From assembly GCA_046563655.1 (NCBI GenBank), contig CM102287.1, forward strand, positions 5,332,001 through 5,396,000: a DNA stretch of 64,000 nucleotides, written 5' to 3'. Position numbers and translations under genes: made by a program. Below, piece by piece: positions 14,169 to 26,263 of the stretch; the stretch's first letter is position 1, and every line of letters begins with the position of its first letter. Source of the stretch: Yuukianura sp. NJ FZ-2021 (lineage: Eukaryota). Below the pieces are notes generated by a model. It saw only the letters and a program-made list of their open reading frames with translations, made no database searches and was not told where the DNA came from.

Positions 14169-14900
14169 ATGTCGCTATCGCCGGAGGCTTATATTCTACC
14201 GATCCTTGTTGTAGTTTTTGAATGGGTATTGTCAACTTACAATATTTACATAATGATATTGGTACCATAAATGTGATGTCATACTTTTTTCTTACATTTA
14301 GCATCTACTCCTTACATGTATGTTTACTGTATGCACTTTATAGGGCAGTGTGATTTACAGCGGAATGTACGTCTCAATCGTGTTTGAAGCAATCTCTATA
14401 CAGATTGCTTCAAATACGATTCAAATCGGGAACTACTATAGTTCCCGAGTCGGATTCGAGGCATATTACGTCGTTATTGGTTGCGTAATATTTTTCAGCT
14501 ACCTCGGACTCACCATTCTCCTTACAAATGGTGTGAGACGGGTATGTTGTTTGCAATTGTACATAGAATTTGTCCTTCAATTGTATGTAATGTACATAGA
14601 ACATAACGTAAGCGAAAAAAAAAGTCATGAAACATCACTTTTTTTCAATTTAAGGGCTCTGTGTGTGCGTTGAAGGGGTGGGTTGTGACGTGGGGCATCC
14701 TTTGGCTTCTGATGATAGCATTTATCATATACTTCATGACGCTGGGTGCTATTGGGAAGTATGCATTGGTGATTGCAGCTCTGGTTCGCCTGGGTGCCAT
14801 CTTCGTCATCAACCACCACAAGAACGAAGTGGCTTCGGCCATTCAGAGTGTGCCCGAAGTCCATGTCATTGGGAATTATGAGTTCTATCGTGGTCCATGA
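14169..14900 (+). CDS. Small four-pass membrane protein (DUF4728/LAPTM-like), tandem copy 1, 3 exons
   Basis: MSLSPEAYILPILVVVFEW | GSVIYSGMY...LTILLTNGVRR | GSVCALKGWVVTW. Four hydrophobic segments; same exon structure in all 3 copies. Confidence 0.8.
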
Positions 14901-15218
14901 AGAATTTCGACAAAAAAAATCAAGAATAGTTCATAAGGGCCTCTTTGACCTTTGCCTCGCATCTAGAATAGCACCAAATGAAGAATTCAAATTGACCAAT
15001 TCCGTGACCGAAAATGCAAAACTGTGCTTAATTTTACTAATAATAAAAATTTCTCTGTCTTGTTGTCATTTTGCTGTAAAATTTTATACTTCTGAAATTA
15101 AGTTTTCCTGATACTTATTTTCTTCTAAGCCCAACTTCGTTTTCCTCTTTTCGTTGACGTTTTATTGTGGTAAAATGTAAACCGACACTGACGTAAGTAG
15201 GTTTATCTTGAACCGCAA

Positions 15219-15487
15219 GGTAGCACGCCATTGTATCAATTGAATTGTATCAACTGCCATTGCATCAACTGAATTGTGTCAATTTGAATTGTATCAACTG
15301 ACCAATTGTATCAACGACTAATTGTATCAACGAGTGTAATGCTTAATTTAGCTTAGGTTAGGTTAGGTTACGTTGGTTGATACAAGTAGCCGTTGATACA
15401 ATTGAGCGTTGATACAATTCAAATTGACACAATTCAGTTGATGCAATGGCAGTTGATACAATTCAATTGACACAATGGCATGGAACC
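15219..15487. mobile_element. Foldback-type MITE with long repetitive TIRs (attgtatcaac units), central TTAGG run and 8-9 bp TSD
   Basis: The ~110-bp arms are reverse complements. aaccgcaa(g) is duplicated at 15211 and 15488. The paralogous upstream regions (~13810, ~16870) lack the insert. Confidence 0.85.
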
Positions 15488-15846
15488 AACCGCAAGCTAA
15501 TATGTATACATGTATGACCGGAAATTTTGACCTGTGACGATTATTACCATAACATAGAAGTTTCAAAATTATTTATAAAAAACGAACAAATTCATTGAAT
15601 TTCTTCCTTTTTTTCTGACGAAGGATGTTTATGCAGAAACAGAAAGTTTCCTTGGCTGTGGTCACAAGAGTTTTGACAAAAGTGTCTGATTTTGGACAAA
15701 AAGTCCAAAATCAGAGAATAGTATCGCTTTGGCTTTACGAGCAATTCAGTTCACAACACTTTACTGAAAGTCACTTACAAATATTTTCTAAACCTGAGTG
15801 TGATATATTTTGAAAAAGTAGCACTCAAGTTAAAAAAAAAGAAGAA

Positions 15847-16553
15847 ATGTCGCTTTCACCGGAAGCTTTTATTCTACCGATCCTTGTTCTTGTGTTTGAA
15901 TGGGTAAGTTAACGATATTTCTCATAGCGTCCGTACAATATTAAATGTGGTTACCGTAGTGGAATAAATGTGGTATTATTTTTTCTAACAGTATTAACAT
16001 CTACTACGTGTATTTTCACTAGTGTATTTATATGCAATTTACAGGTTATGGTAGTTTACAGCGGAATGTACTGCTCAATTGTGCTTGAACTGATGTCTAG
16101 TTCCCGAACGGCTGGAATTGGCACAGGTTATTACGTGTTTGGTTTCCTAATTCTCTTCAGTTACCTCGGACTCACCATTCTCCTTACAAATGGCGTGAGA
16201 CGGGTAGGTTGTTTACAGTTGTTCATAAAATTTGCCGTTCAAATACATGTACATACGACATAACGTAACCTATAAAACATAAGGTATAAAATAACATTTT
16301 TTAATTTAAGGGCTCTGTGTCCGCATTGAATGGCTGGGTGGTGACGTGGAGCATTCTCTGGTGTATCATGATTGCATTTATAATATATTTCATATCATTG
16401 GGTGCTACTGGCAAGTATGCCTTGCTGATGGTAGCCCTCGTTCGACTAGGTGCCATCATCGTCATCAACAAGCACAAGAACGAAGTGACTTCCGCCGGAC
16501 AGACTCTGCCCCAAGTCCATGTCATTGGAAAGGACGGGTTCCACCGAGTGTAA
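15847..16553 (+). CDS. Small four-pass membrane protein (DUF4728/LAPTM-like), tandem copy 2
   Basis: MSLSPEAFILPILVLVFEW start; paralogous to 14169-14900 with the same introns. Confidence 0.8.
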
Positions 16554-17238
16554 AACGATTCAACAAAAATTTCAGAAATTTCAAAAAATTTATTAATTCC
16601 TAAGGACTTCATGTAGAATAAAACGCTGTAACTTTTAAACTTGCGTACATTACTCACTCGTCAAATGGTGAATATAGTAAGCATTAAATTGAACGCGTTT
16701 CTGCCACTTTGCTATAAAATTTGGCACTCTTGAAGTTATGTTTTCCTGATATTCTTTTTCTTAAAAACCCAACTTCATTTTTCTCGTTTTCCATGTAACT
16801 TTTTTGACGTTTTGTTGATTTTGAGGTAAACTGTGATCCGAGTACCATTGCCGTAAGTAGCCATATGTTGAAGCACAAGCTACTGCAAGTAATGACCGGA
16901 AATTTTGACCTTGGACGAGTATTATGATAACTTTCGAATTGCAAAGTTATTAATAGAACGAATTCAACTGAATTTTTTTCTTTTTCCTAAGGAAGGATGT
17001 TGATGTTAGGCAGAAACACAGAAAGTTTACTTGGCTATGGTCACAAGAATTTTGGCAAAAGTGTATGATTTTTAGACAAAAACTTCGTAGTCGAGCTTTG
17101 GTCTATCAAGTTACAAGTTGCAACCTATTCAATTCAGAACACTTTACTGAAAGTCACTAAATTTTCTAAACGTAATACTGCGGCGTGGGATATTTTTTGG
17201 AAAGGTGGCAATAGTTGAAAAGTCAAAAAAGAAGAAAA

Positions 17239-17904
17239 ATGTCGCTTTCACCGGAGGCTTATATTCTACCGATCCTTGTTGTTGTCTTTGAATGGGTATG
17301 TTAACTAACTATGTTTTCATAATTAAGTAAGTACCATAAATGTGGTATCTTACTACCTACACTTACATGTATTTTTTACATCTGTATGTACTTTCTAGGG
17401 TAGTGTAATTTACAGCGGAATGTACTTCTCAATCCTATTTGAAGCAATGTCTAATTACCGAGATGGAATCGGCGCATTTTTTGTCGTTCTTGCTTGCGTA
17501 ATATTCTCCAGTTACCTCGGACTCACCATTCTCCTTACAAATGCTGTGAGAAGGGTAGGTTTGTTTACAATTGTACACAAGCTGTTCAAATTATAAATAG
17601 TACGTACAACATAACGTAACCTATAAAACAAAGTTCTGAAACATTTTTTTTTCAATTTAAGGGCTCGGTGTCTGCTTTGAAGGGCTGGGTTGTGACGTGG
17701 AGCGTCCTTTTGTTGATGCTGATTGCATTTATCATATACTTCATGACATTGCATACTATTGGAAAGTATGCCTTGGTGTTGACAGCTCTCCTTCGCCTGG
17801 GTGCCATCATCGTCATCATCAACCACAAGAACGAAGTGGCTTCCGCCGGTCAGACTGTGCCCCAAGTCCATGTCATTGGAAAGAATGAGTTCCATCATGT
17901 GTAA
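17239..17904 (+). CDS. Small four-pass membrane protein (DUF4728/LAPTM-like), tandem copy 3
   Basis: MSLSPEAYILPILVVVFEW start; paralogous exons and shared upstream sequence. Confidence 0.8.
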
Positions 17905-18218
17905 AATGATCCATGAAAAATTTCGAAATTTCAAAAAAAAAATATTAAGGGCCTCTCTGACCTTTTACTCGCATCTAGAATAATGCTGGAACTTTTAACA
18001 GTGCGAACAGGACTCACTCGTCAAATTTTGAACATTGTAAGCTTTCAGTTATACAATCGTGCTTTATTAATTCGTTTTAATAAAATCTTGTTTAGTCAGA
18101 AGAATTTTGGGAGAACATTTTAGTTGCATTAAATTCTAAATTCAAAAGAAATCTAAATGCGATGTCAACTTCGCGTTAGCCTCGAGGTCAATTTCGAGGT
18201 CACGGTTCCACTGCTACG

Positions 18219-18965
18219 TCAAGGAGTCAACTTAAGCGTAAAAAGGATCCAGGAGGCAAGGATAAGTAGTGTTCCTGATGCCATCATTCCTGTTCCCATG
18301 CAGATACAAAGCCCTTCTTTGGCTTTCTGAAGACGAAACGCTGGAGTGATTTCAGTCATGCCTTGTTCCAGTGCCATTTGTTGAATCGCTTCTTGCATCG
18401 CTTGCGCAGTACATTTGGCTCCATCTTCTTTAAAGATACATCCGACTGCACTTGCGCATCGAAATTCCTGTTTCTGAAGACTGCCAAATAGAGGATTCTC
18501 GTCCTTTAATTTTTCATGGTCATTTGATTCCATTGGGAGACAAATGGATCCAGCGGAGATTAGGCACAGATCGCCAACTCTTTCTAAGGTCAAGCTCGAA
18601 CCGAAAGATTCCTCCGTCTGAGCACAGCCGCAGTGACCTTTGCCAATACACTGGAGATTCCTGGATGAATTGCAGTAGTCTCCAGAGACCATGGCCATGG
18701 CAGTTACGGTCTGTGTGAGACTTGCCTTGAATTGATCAGCCTTGAATGAACTGGCTCTTGACACTATATCCAGAAGGGCCTTGCCCTGCTCTTTTCGAAC
18801 TTCTTCAAAGGCGGGGTCACAGGATTCACCGAATCCCAGAACATCTTTGGCAGCTAAGAGGCGCAAATGTGGCTTCAAATCACGATACAACTTTTCATCG
18901 TCAATGGCACAACTCACTACACTGAACAACCAAAATGTAACCAAATACGGCAATAGGAACTTCAT
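18219..18965 (-). CDS. Cysteine-rich cell-surface protein, probably GPI-anchored; unknown family
   Basis: Signal peptide MKFLLPYLVTFWLFSVVSC, about 12 Cys in the mature region and a hydrophobic C-terminal tail after small residues. Confidence 0.75.
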   Translation of the reverse strand: MKFLLPYLVTFWLFSVVSCAIDDEKLYRDLKPHLRLLAAKDVLGFGESCDPAFEEVRKEQGKALLDIVSRASSFKADQFKASLTQTVTAMAMVSGDYCNSSRNLQCIGKGHCGCAQTEESFGSSLTLERVGDLCLISAGSICLPMESNDHEKLKDENPLFGSLQKQEFRCASAVGCIFKEDGAKCTAQAMQEAIQQMALEQGMTEITPAFRLQKAKEGLCICMGTGMMASGTLLILASWILFTLKLTP

Positions 18966-20823
18966 AATTTTGAAAATACTTCCTGAAATCAAGAATTCAA
19001 TTTCAACTTATCGTTTTTAAAATTTTAATATTTCAAATTGCAGAAAACTGATTGAGTGTAAATTGTACTTGCGAGCGAAGCACTTTTGTTGTTCTTATGC
19101 GAAACTCAAAAAATTATTCCAAAATTTCAAGGAGAAGCGTATATTGCTTCAAAAGTTTGGTCCAGAGATTACATTCTTTTGTTTTGGAAGCGAGAGGTTA
19201 GAATTTTGAACGTTTCAAGGTTTGATAGCACTTGTGACAAAATTTTTACTCTAAAAACTTGTGTTTACTTTTCGCAAAATGTTGGTTTAGCAAATACGGA
19301 GGAAGTGTTTCTCGTAAGTCGCTTCTAAACAATCTGAAGTAGGTAACACAAGTTAATTTTGGAAATGTGTAGAAAATATTCCCGAAAATCCGGATTCCTG
19401 TCTCTCTGGCCCACTTCCAGGGTTGGCATTTTGGCAAAAAAAAATCGGTAAAGTTGTTTTTGTCATGTGAATCCAGGTTTCAAAATAACTCTGCAAAATA
19501 ATTGGTTTAGAATAGAGCAGAAGCGTTCCGGTAATTTAGTTCCGTCGAACAAAACAGGAACATAATTTTCGTCCTACAATTGATTTACCGAAACCATTAA
19601 GCACCAAGTGCTATGGAAGTTTATTTTTGAATGTCTAATTTGAAGTTTAACTATTTATAGATACAATCATTTCAAAACTAAACATCTTTAATATGACATA
19701 TTATAGTTTCACCTCAATTCTCAAGGCTTTACGCTCCCCAAACAATTACTAATCACAATTTCCACTTAAAAGCCAAAGTTCATCAAAATCCAATCTGTTT
19801 TTTGTTTTTATGACACATCAACAATTGCCTTGGGATATCTCAAATTCCGGGAGCTGATTGGACGGAATTTCCCGGACTAGAGTTAGTATTTAACGCGCGA
19901 CTTATGAAAATGAATTCTTCTCATCCAGTATTTAATCGTTCAAGACTTCGTCCATGAGCATGCGTCCATACTCAACTGTCCGTAAAAGTTCGTCCATTCC
20001 AGTCCGTCCTTAAAATTCCTATCATGACGTTTACTTTGTGACTCATGTAATGTACTTGGAATAATGTGGTTTCAGTGACTTAAGACAGGCGTTAATTTAT
20101 GTCATGTCATTTACAGCAATCACAGAAAACAACCATATCTTTCCACCGTTTCCTTCCGCCTCATCTTTTTCCACTAAAAATTTCAAAACATGTATTTTTT
20201 CCACTTTTTTTCAAGGAAGCCACTAAAATTTCGAAATTTTCAAATTGACAGTCATGACTGCGTCGGAACAAGAAAAGAGGAAATGAACCTCCTCGAAATT
20301 TTAGAAGCCTTAAGTGATGCATACGAATAAGGTAACGTTTCTTCGGAGGGGGAAACGACTAGTTTTCTAACTGCTAATTGCTTTAGGGCCGTTACTCACC
20401 TTTAGTATTACCAACCTCCACTAGACTTATATGCTTTAACTTTAGTATATTTTAATGTTTGAGGTTCACAGGGTGGATTTTAACGAGCGTCCATGACAAA
20501 AGTGTGAGTTCATGTTGACTCTTAGCTTAGGTTTAAAGTTAACAATAGGCATACTGGGAACCATTGTTTTCATTGCAGTGCTTTTGCAATGAGTCAAGAC
20601 TAAAACTTCAACACCTTTCGTATTCATTCCATTTCCACTTTTAGTTTTGGCTTCTTCAAGTTCGTAAAAGGTTTTGATTTTGTTGTTTCTTCACGTCTTT
20701 ACACTTACTTTCAATTTCATTTTCACCTTCATTCCTCCTGGTAGTGCCTAAAAGTCTAAAAAGTTGGTGCGTGGCTAAGAATACATTTTGAAAAACAGAT
20801 TTCCCATTTTTTGCCATTTGGAA

Positions 20824-22125
20824 ATGGCATCTCCTACAGGAACAAATAGAGGAGCAGCGGCTCTATCGGGCGTAAGAAACAAAAAATTTCCGGGTTTTTG
20901 AAAGTTCCTGGTTTGAATTTAGAAGTAGAACACCAGAATTTGGTAATAAATCGTAAAAACTAAGGAGTAAATGCATAAAAATATTTTTAGATCATGGCTA
21001 TAGCGGTGATAGTAGTCTCGGCAGTGCTGATGGCCCAGTCTCTAGGTTTCAAATCAGAACTAGGCTATGCTTTTGGCTACGCCTTGCCAAACATTGGTCC
21101 AGGACCGGGCTACTACAACAATCGCAACACGTACAACTTCTTTGGTTATGAATTGGACCCACTAATAGGGATTTCTAGTGGTGGAGTTGTCATTGGCCTA
21201 CTTCAGCTCGTTTCATGCTTCTTCCTCTGCTGCGGAAGGAAGGTGAGTCAAGATCTGTTCAAATATTGACACTTTCTTGTGCAATACTGCGGTAGAAAGA
21301 TGCGTTTTGCAAATTTTGCAATGTTTAAAATTGGCATCGGGCGTTTCGATCTAAAGATTATGAAAAAGTCGTAACTTTGTAAATTCCCGGTGGGAAATAA
21401 TTTGGTTTGACTCCAATTTCCAAATGGATTTGAATTTTAAAATTTCGTTTCAAAATCCAAATCAGAAACATCGCGAAAAATCTTTGAAGGAATCATTTTT
21501 CAAAAATTTCGCACATCGGTTCCAATTTTGTTCACCTTTTGCGAAGTTTTGCATGTTCCATCTTGCGCATGACAAGTGTTTGAGACATGAAACGCTTTAT
21601 GTGGAGGAATTCGTATCTAAAAGGCATTTTTTAATTCTTTAGAGTTTGTCTGTCGGATGGGCCGTGTTCCAGCTGCTCATCTTGATCGGTGTTGTCATCA
21701 TCTTCGCACTGGCAATATACTTCGAAGTATACTCGTACAGAACTATTCCTGGATACGGAATTCTAGGTGTCGGACGTGGAATTGGTTTGGACTATAATGG
21801 CCAAGGGGCCTACCTAAATCCTGGAATATACAACAATCCACTCTACACTCAACAACAATTACTTCAAAATCAATATTACAATCAACCTGGTGTAGGTTAT
21901 GGAGGCTATCCAGGAACCTACGGAGCTGCTGGAAACACTAGGTACATCGGAGACTACTTTTGCAATCCAACTGGCCAAGGATTCGTCGGAGTTTTTGGTG
22001 TTGACATTGTCGCTCTCATTGTCGCCATTATAATGGTCGCTGTCGCCTCAAGACAAAGCAGCATCTCAGACGAATATGTTCGAACAACCTCGCCACCCCG
22101 AATGGACGTCAGGTACAAAGCATAA
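20824..22125 (+). CDS. Four-pass membrane protein with G/Y/N/P-rich loops; exons ~20824-20871, 20991-21242, 21643-22125
   Basis: MASPTGTNRGAAALSG | IMAIAVIVVS...CCGRK | SLSVGWAVFQ...; four TM segments; canonical splice sites. Confidence 0.8.
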
Positions 22126-24073
22126 ACAAGTGTCATTGCCAGAAGATAGATTTTTTCAGTTTTGAAAAATTTAAATTTTGAGTTTAGAACAAAATTTCAG
22201 ACAAAAAGAATACCCGAAAAATTCTAAGCCTGACTTGAATACCAAATTTATTAAATTCATTTGTTTCATCACTAGCCAAAGAAGACGTAGCATTAGAATT
22301 GTTAAATTTTCTGCAAATTGCAAAATTTGCGATGTAATGATGCAAATTTTGAAAGCAGTTTTGAGGTTTAAGGTTACAAGTTATACTTCCTCATAATTTC
22401 AAAATGAAAGGAAAATTTTGTATTCCGTGCAATTTCTGTGTAAGTTAATTGTTTTCTCAAGATGTATGACTACTTAAGGTGATTTCATACTTTTGTATAT
22501 ATGAAACTATGACCTTCCAGGAACTTAAGAGTTGACCCCGTGTAAATATAGTGTGTCATTGTTTGTTGTATGTTCCAGTGTAAGGTCTAATCCATTACAT
22601 GTGCCACATTTTACCCTCTTTTCCCAGTTTCTTCTTTAAATTTTAATGATTACGTGAATAAAGACAATTAAACTATATAAAAAATGGTTGAAAATAATGA
22701 GAAGGCGTGGGAATTTTTCTGTTTACAAAATCAGTAGACCGGATGAAATTTTCGATGTTTTCTGTGTCAGTGTGCATGTCACAACGAAACAGGTTTCAGT
22801 TGTCGGAAATTAAACAATAAGGTAAATTTTCATTAAAGCAACGGAAAATGGTGACCTTCAAAAACTTCAAAACGAACAAAAAGCAGGGAATGACCTTGAC
22901 TAGATTTCTAAGAAATATTAACAAACGTTGCTTACAGCTTGAATAAGGTGGTTTTACACACTTTGTGATTCACTCTGTAGAATGTACTAATTTAGACATT
23001 AATATAAGGCTCTTGAACACAAGTAACCGAGTGAATAATTCATTTAAATTACGGGAAATGACTCAAGTGGAATTCAGAGTTGTAGTAATTAGCGGTTATT
23101 CATAAATTACAAATGTTTAAGTTTAGGATGCATCAAAGGAGACATCAGCAACGTCCATTATGGTTGACATTTCTTTAAGGTGACAAAACTTGACCTTATG
23201 AAAAATTCCGACAAAAATTGTTTACCTAAAATGAACTAACGAATTACTCAAACCCCCCACATTAATATACAAATTCACCAAAACCTAACCATTTTTACTT
23301 AACCACGGATTTAACATCAAATTTAAAAAAAAATCAAATTCTACAATTATTTTCGAAATATCTACAATTTTGTTTACTTTTGCAGGAACGGCTGGACAGA
23401 TCATGAGCTCAACCCAACGTCGGAAACACGCATAGAACCAGAAAAAGTACAACCAAAAACAGTAGCGAAACTGGAGAAAACTACGGAAGTTTGAACTTTT
23501 CAAAGGAATGAACAAAAGAAAGCTCATTTTTACAAAATTTTTTATTTTTTAATATACATCGACTCATGATTTATTCTAAAAATTAATTTATACTTTACTA
23601 ACTTATTGTAATTTATTTTCAGAAAAATATTTTGTATTTAAGTTTTTGTTAGACGCTAGTCATCTGTAATCATTTAACTAATATCCAATAATCCTATTCA
23701 ATGTTTCGAAATGACAAAGTCATCTGCAGATCGACGTAATTTGAGTTTTAAACTTGAACTTTTGAACTTTGAATCCTAAATTTTAAGTGCTTTTGTTAAA
23801 CTTGTCTTTGTGTTAGAAATAAGCAAACTTTAGTAGAAGAATTTTAGAACCAAATCGACTGTAACAACCAGCGTCAGCAATCAGCGTCACATTTCAGATT
23901 TTTACTAATTTAGCAATTTCCCATCAGTTTCTGTCTGTAACCTTTGCCCTCGTCATTCTCAGAAAATCAGGAATTATTGGGCTACTTATGTTGACGCTGA
24001 AGTTGAGCCGCGTTCAATTGCTTGCTGACTTTAGACGGAGAAAGTTCAATTTTTGAAGCAGAAAACGTGAGAC

Positions 24074-24787
24074 ATGAATCGAGACATTGAAGTAGTCGTT
24101 GACAGAGGAACTGCAGACAGAAAGTGCGATCTATTGCTTCGGCAAGCCGCTGCGATTGCGCTGGACTGCGAATGGTTCCAGCAAGGAAATTGGCAAAACA
24201 AACTAAGCTTGGTTACAATTGCTGGTGATGACGGCAAAATCATCATTTTTGACGTCTACAGATGCCCGGAAATATTAACAGGCAGATTGAAAAGTTTGTT
24301 GCAGGATAAGGACACTGTGAAGGTACAGTCTTACAAAAAAATCGCATTTTCATGAACTTTCAATTTCACTGGAGAATCCCTGATTCAAATAGGTTTTGTG
24401 AAAAAAATTGAATTCGAAAACTTTTGTTCTAAGGTTCTTCACGACTGCCGGGGGGACGCTAAAGCCTTACGTAATGCCGGGATTCAACTCCATAACGTCT
24501 TTGATACGCAGATTGCCTACAAGATCATCTTTGGCATTGATGGCATTGGGTTCAACGCGCTGTGTGAAAAATATCAACAACCGAAGAATCCAAAGAAGAA
24601 CACGGGAATCTTTGGACCTGCTTCGATCAATAGCACTTGGATGCGACGTCCCTTGACTGAAGAAATGCTTGAGTATGCTGCGGCAGACGTACGCCCGCTT
24701 ATGGCCTTGTACAAGGCGTTGTTAAGATCTATTCCGGCTCATAAGGTGGCGGAGTTTAATAGACTTTGTCGGGAGGCAACAAACTGA
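24074..24787 (+). CDS. Stand-alone DEDDy 3'-5' exonuclease, EXD1/Egalitarian-like, copy 1 (200 aa; exons 24074-24322, 24434-24787)
   Basis: ExoI IALDCE, KVLHDCRGD (ExoII), NVFDTQIAY, and WMRRPLTEEMLEYAAADV (ExoIII). Confidence 0.88.
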
Positions 24788-25530
24788 TTACCCTCTTTGG
24801 AAAAACACTACTTGTTTTCAAGATGTGGAATAAAAAGTAAATCTTGGTTTCATACTGCGTATGAGGAAGTTACGAAGTTAGTACTGGCTTAAGTTTAAAT
24901 CGGATTAAGATGCTGATATTATTCACACGCTTACAATTTTGATGGGAAAATTTCAGAAATTCGACATGAAAAAGTTAATTCGTGTTTTTAGGCACAATCA
25001 TATCTTCATTTCTTCTGACTTCTCTTTTTAATTTTTGCTATTGTCTTTCAAAATGTAGCCAAGTTTTGTTGAAATCAAATGGAAAAATGGGATACATACT
25101 TTGCAGATTGATGTAAGTTGATTCATTTTTTGCAAGTTTTGCGTTAAGCAATTGTGCTTAAAATATTTCCGAACCTTATAACATAGCGTCGTGAGTACCA
25201 GAATTTTCCAAATTGCTTGTACATTTAAACACTTTCTATTCAAAATTCGACTAGTAAGCACTTTCATTTATTATTGTCTATTTTGTTGTGTGAGATAAAC
25301 AAACTCCGATGATCTTCAGTTTTAGAACAGTGATTAATATGTCACAAACCAAGAGTTCGATTTTTGCTAGCCAAGCATTTTTCATTTTTATAGTTTAGCC
25401 TTTGCCCTGAATAAGCTTAATCAGATCATGATCTTCCAGCGTCTTTTGTCAGCGTTGAAGAAATTTTGATCATTTCCATTCTGACTTTAGGCGGGTAAGC
25501 TTCAACTTTTGCAAATAACAAACTTGCAAC

Positions 25531-26263
25531 ATGGATCGAGGCATTGAAGTCATCACCGACAGAATTACTGCAGACAAGATGTGCGATTTTCTGCTGCGAT
25601 CCTTTGCTCCGATTGGCTTAGACTGTGAGTGGTTCCAATTGGAATATGAACAGAATGATCGACTAAGCTTGATTACCGTTGCTGGATCTGACTCAAGAGT
25701 GCTCATCTTTGATGTTCTGGAATGTCCGGACATTTTGAACGGCAGATTGAAAACTTTGTTGGAGGATCCCAAAATTATGAAGGTAAATTAAAATAAAAAA
25801 AAGAAACAAATCAATTTTTGCGAATTTATCAAACCCTGCTGCTGAAAGGTTGAATTTTATACCAACTTTTATGTAATTATATTTCCAACTTTTTTTCTAG
25901 ATTGTTCACGACTGCCGCGGCGACAGCACTGTTTTGCGTCAAGTTGGAATTCGACTTGACCCCGTATTTGACACTCAAGTGGCCTACAAGGTCATCTATG
26001 CCACCACGGAGGGTATTGCGCTCAACGTGCTGTGCCAAAAATATTGCCAGCCACAAAATCCACTCAAAAACAAAATTTCGGACATTTTTGGCAATTCTAC
26101 CGAGAAAAAATTCTGGGCTAAGCGTCCCCTGACTGCTGAAATGCTGGAATACGCAGCAGCAGACGTAAGTCCACTTACTGCTTTGCATAAGACCATGGCA
26201 GGCAAGATCAGACCGTACAACATGGCGGAATTTCAGCGCATGTGCAAAGACGCCACACTTTGA
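25531..26263 (+). CDS. Stand-alone DEDDy 3'-5' exonuclease, EXD1/Egalitarian-like, copy 2 (204 aa; exons 25531-25782, 25901-26263)
   Basis: IGLDCE, KIVHDCRGD, VFDTQVAY, WAKRPLTAEMLEYAAADV; same intron position as copy 1. Confidence 0.88.

Noticed and set aside
23128..23494. Small spliced ORF (DASKETS...LRNGWTDHEL...TTEV)
   Set aside because: Splice sites are plausible, but there is no confident start and no recognisable similarity.
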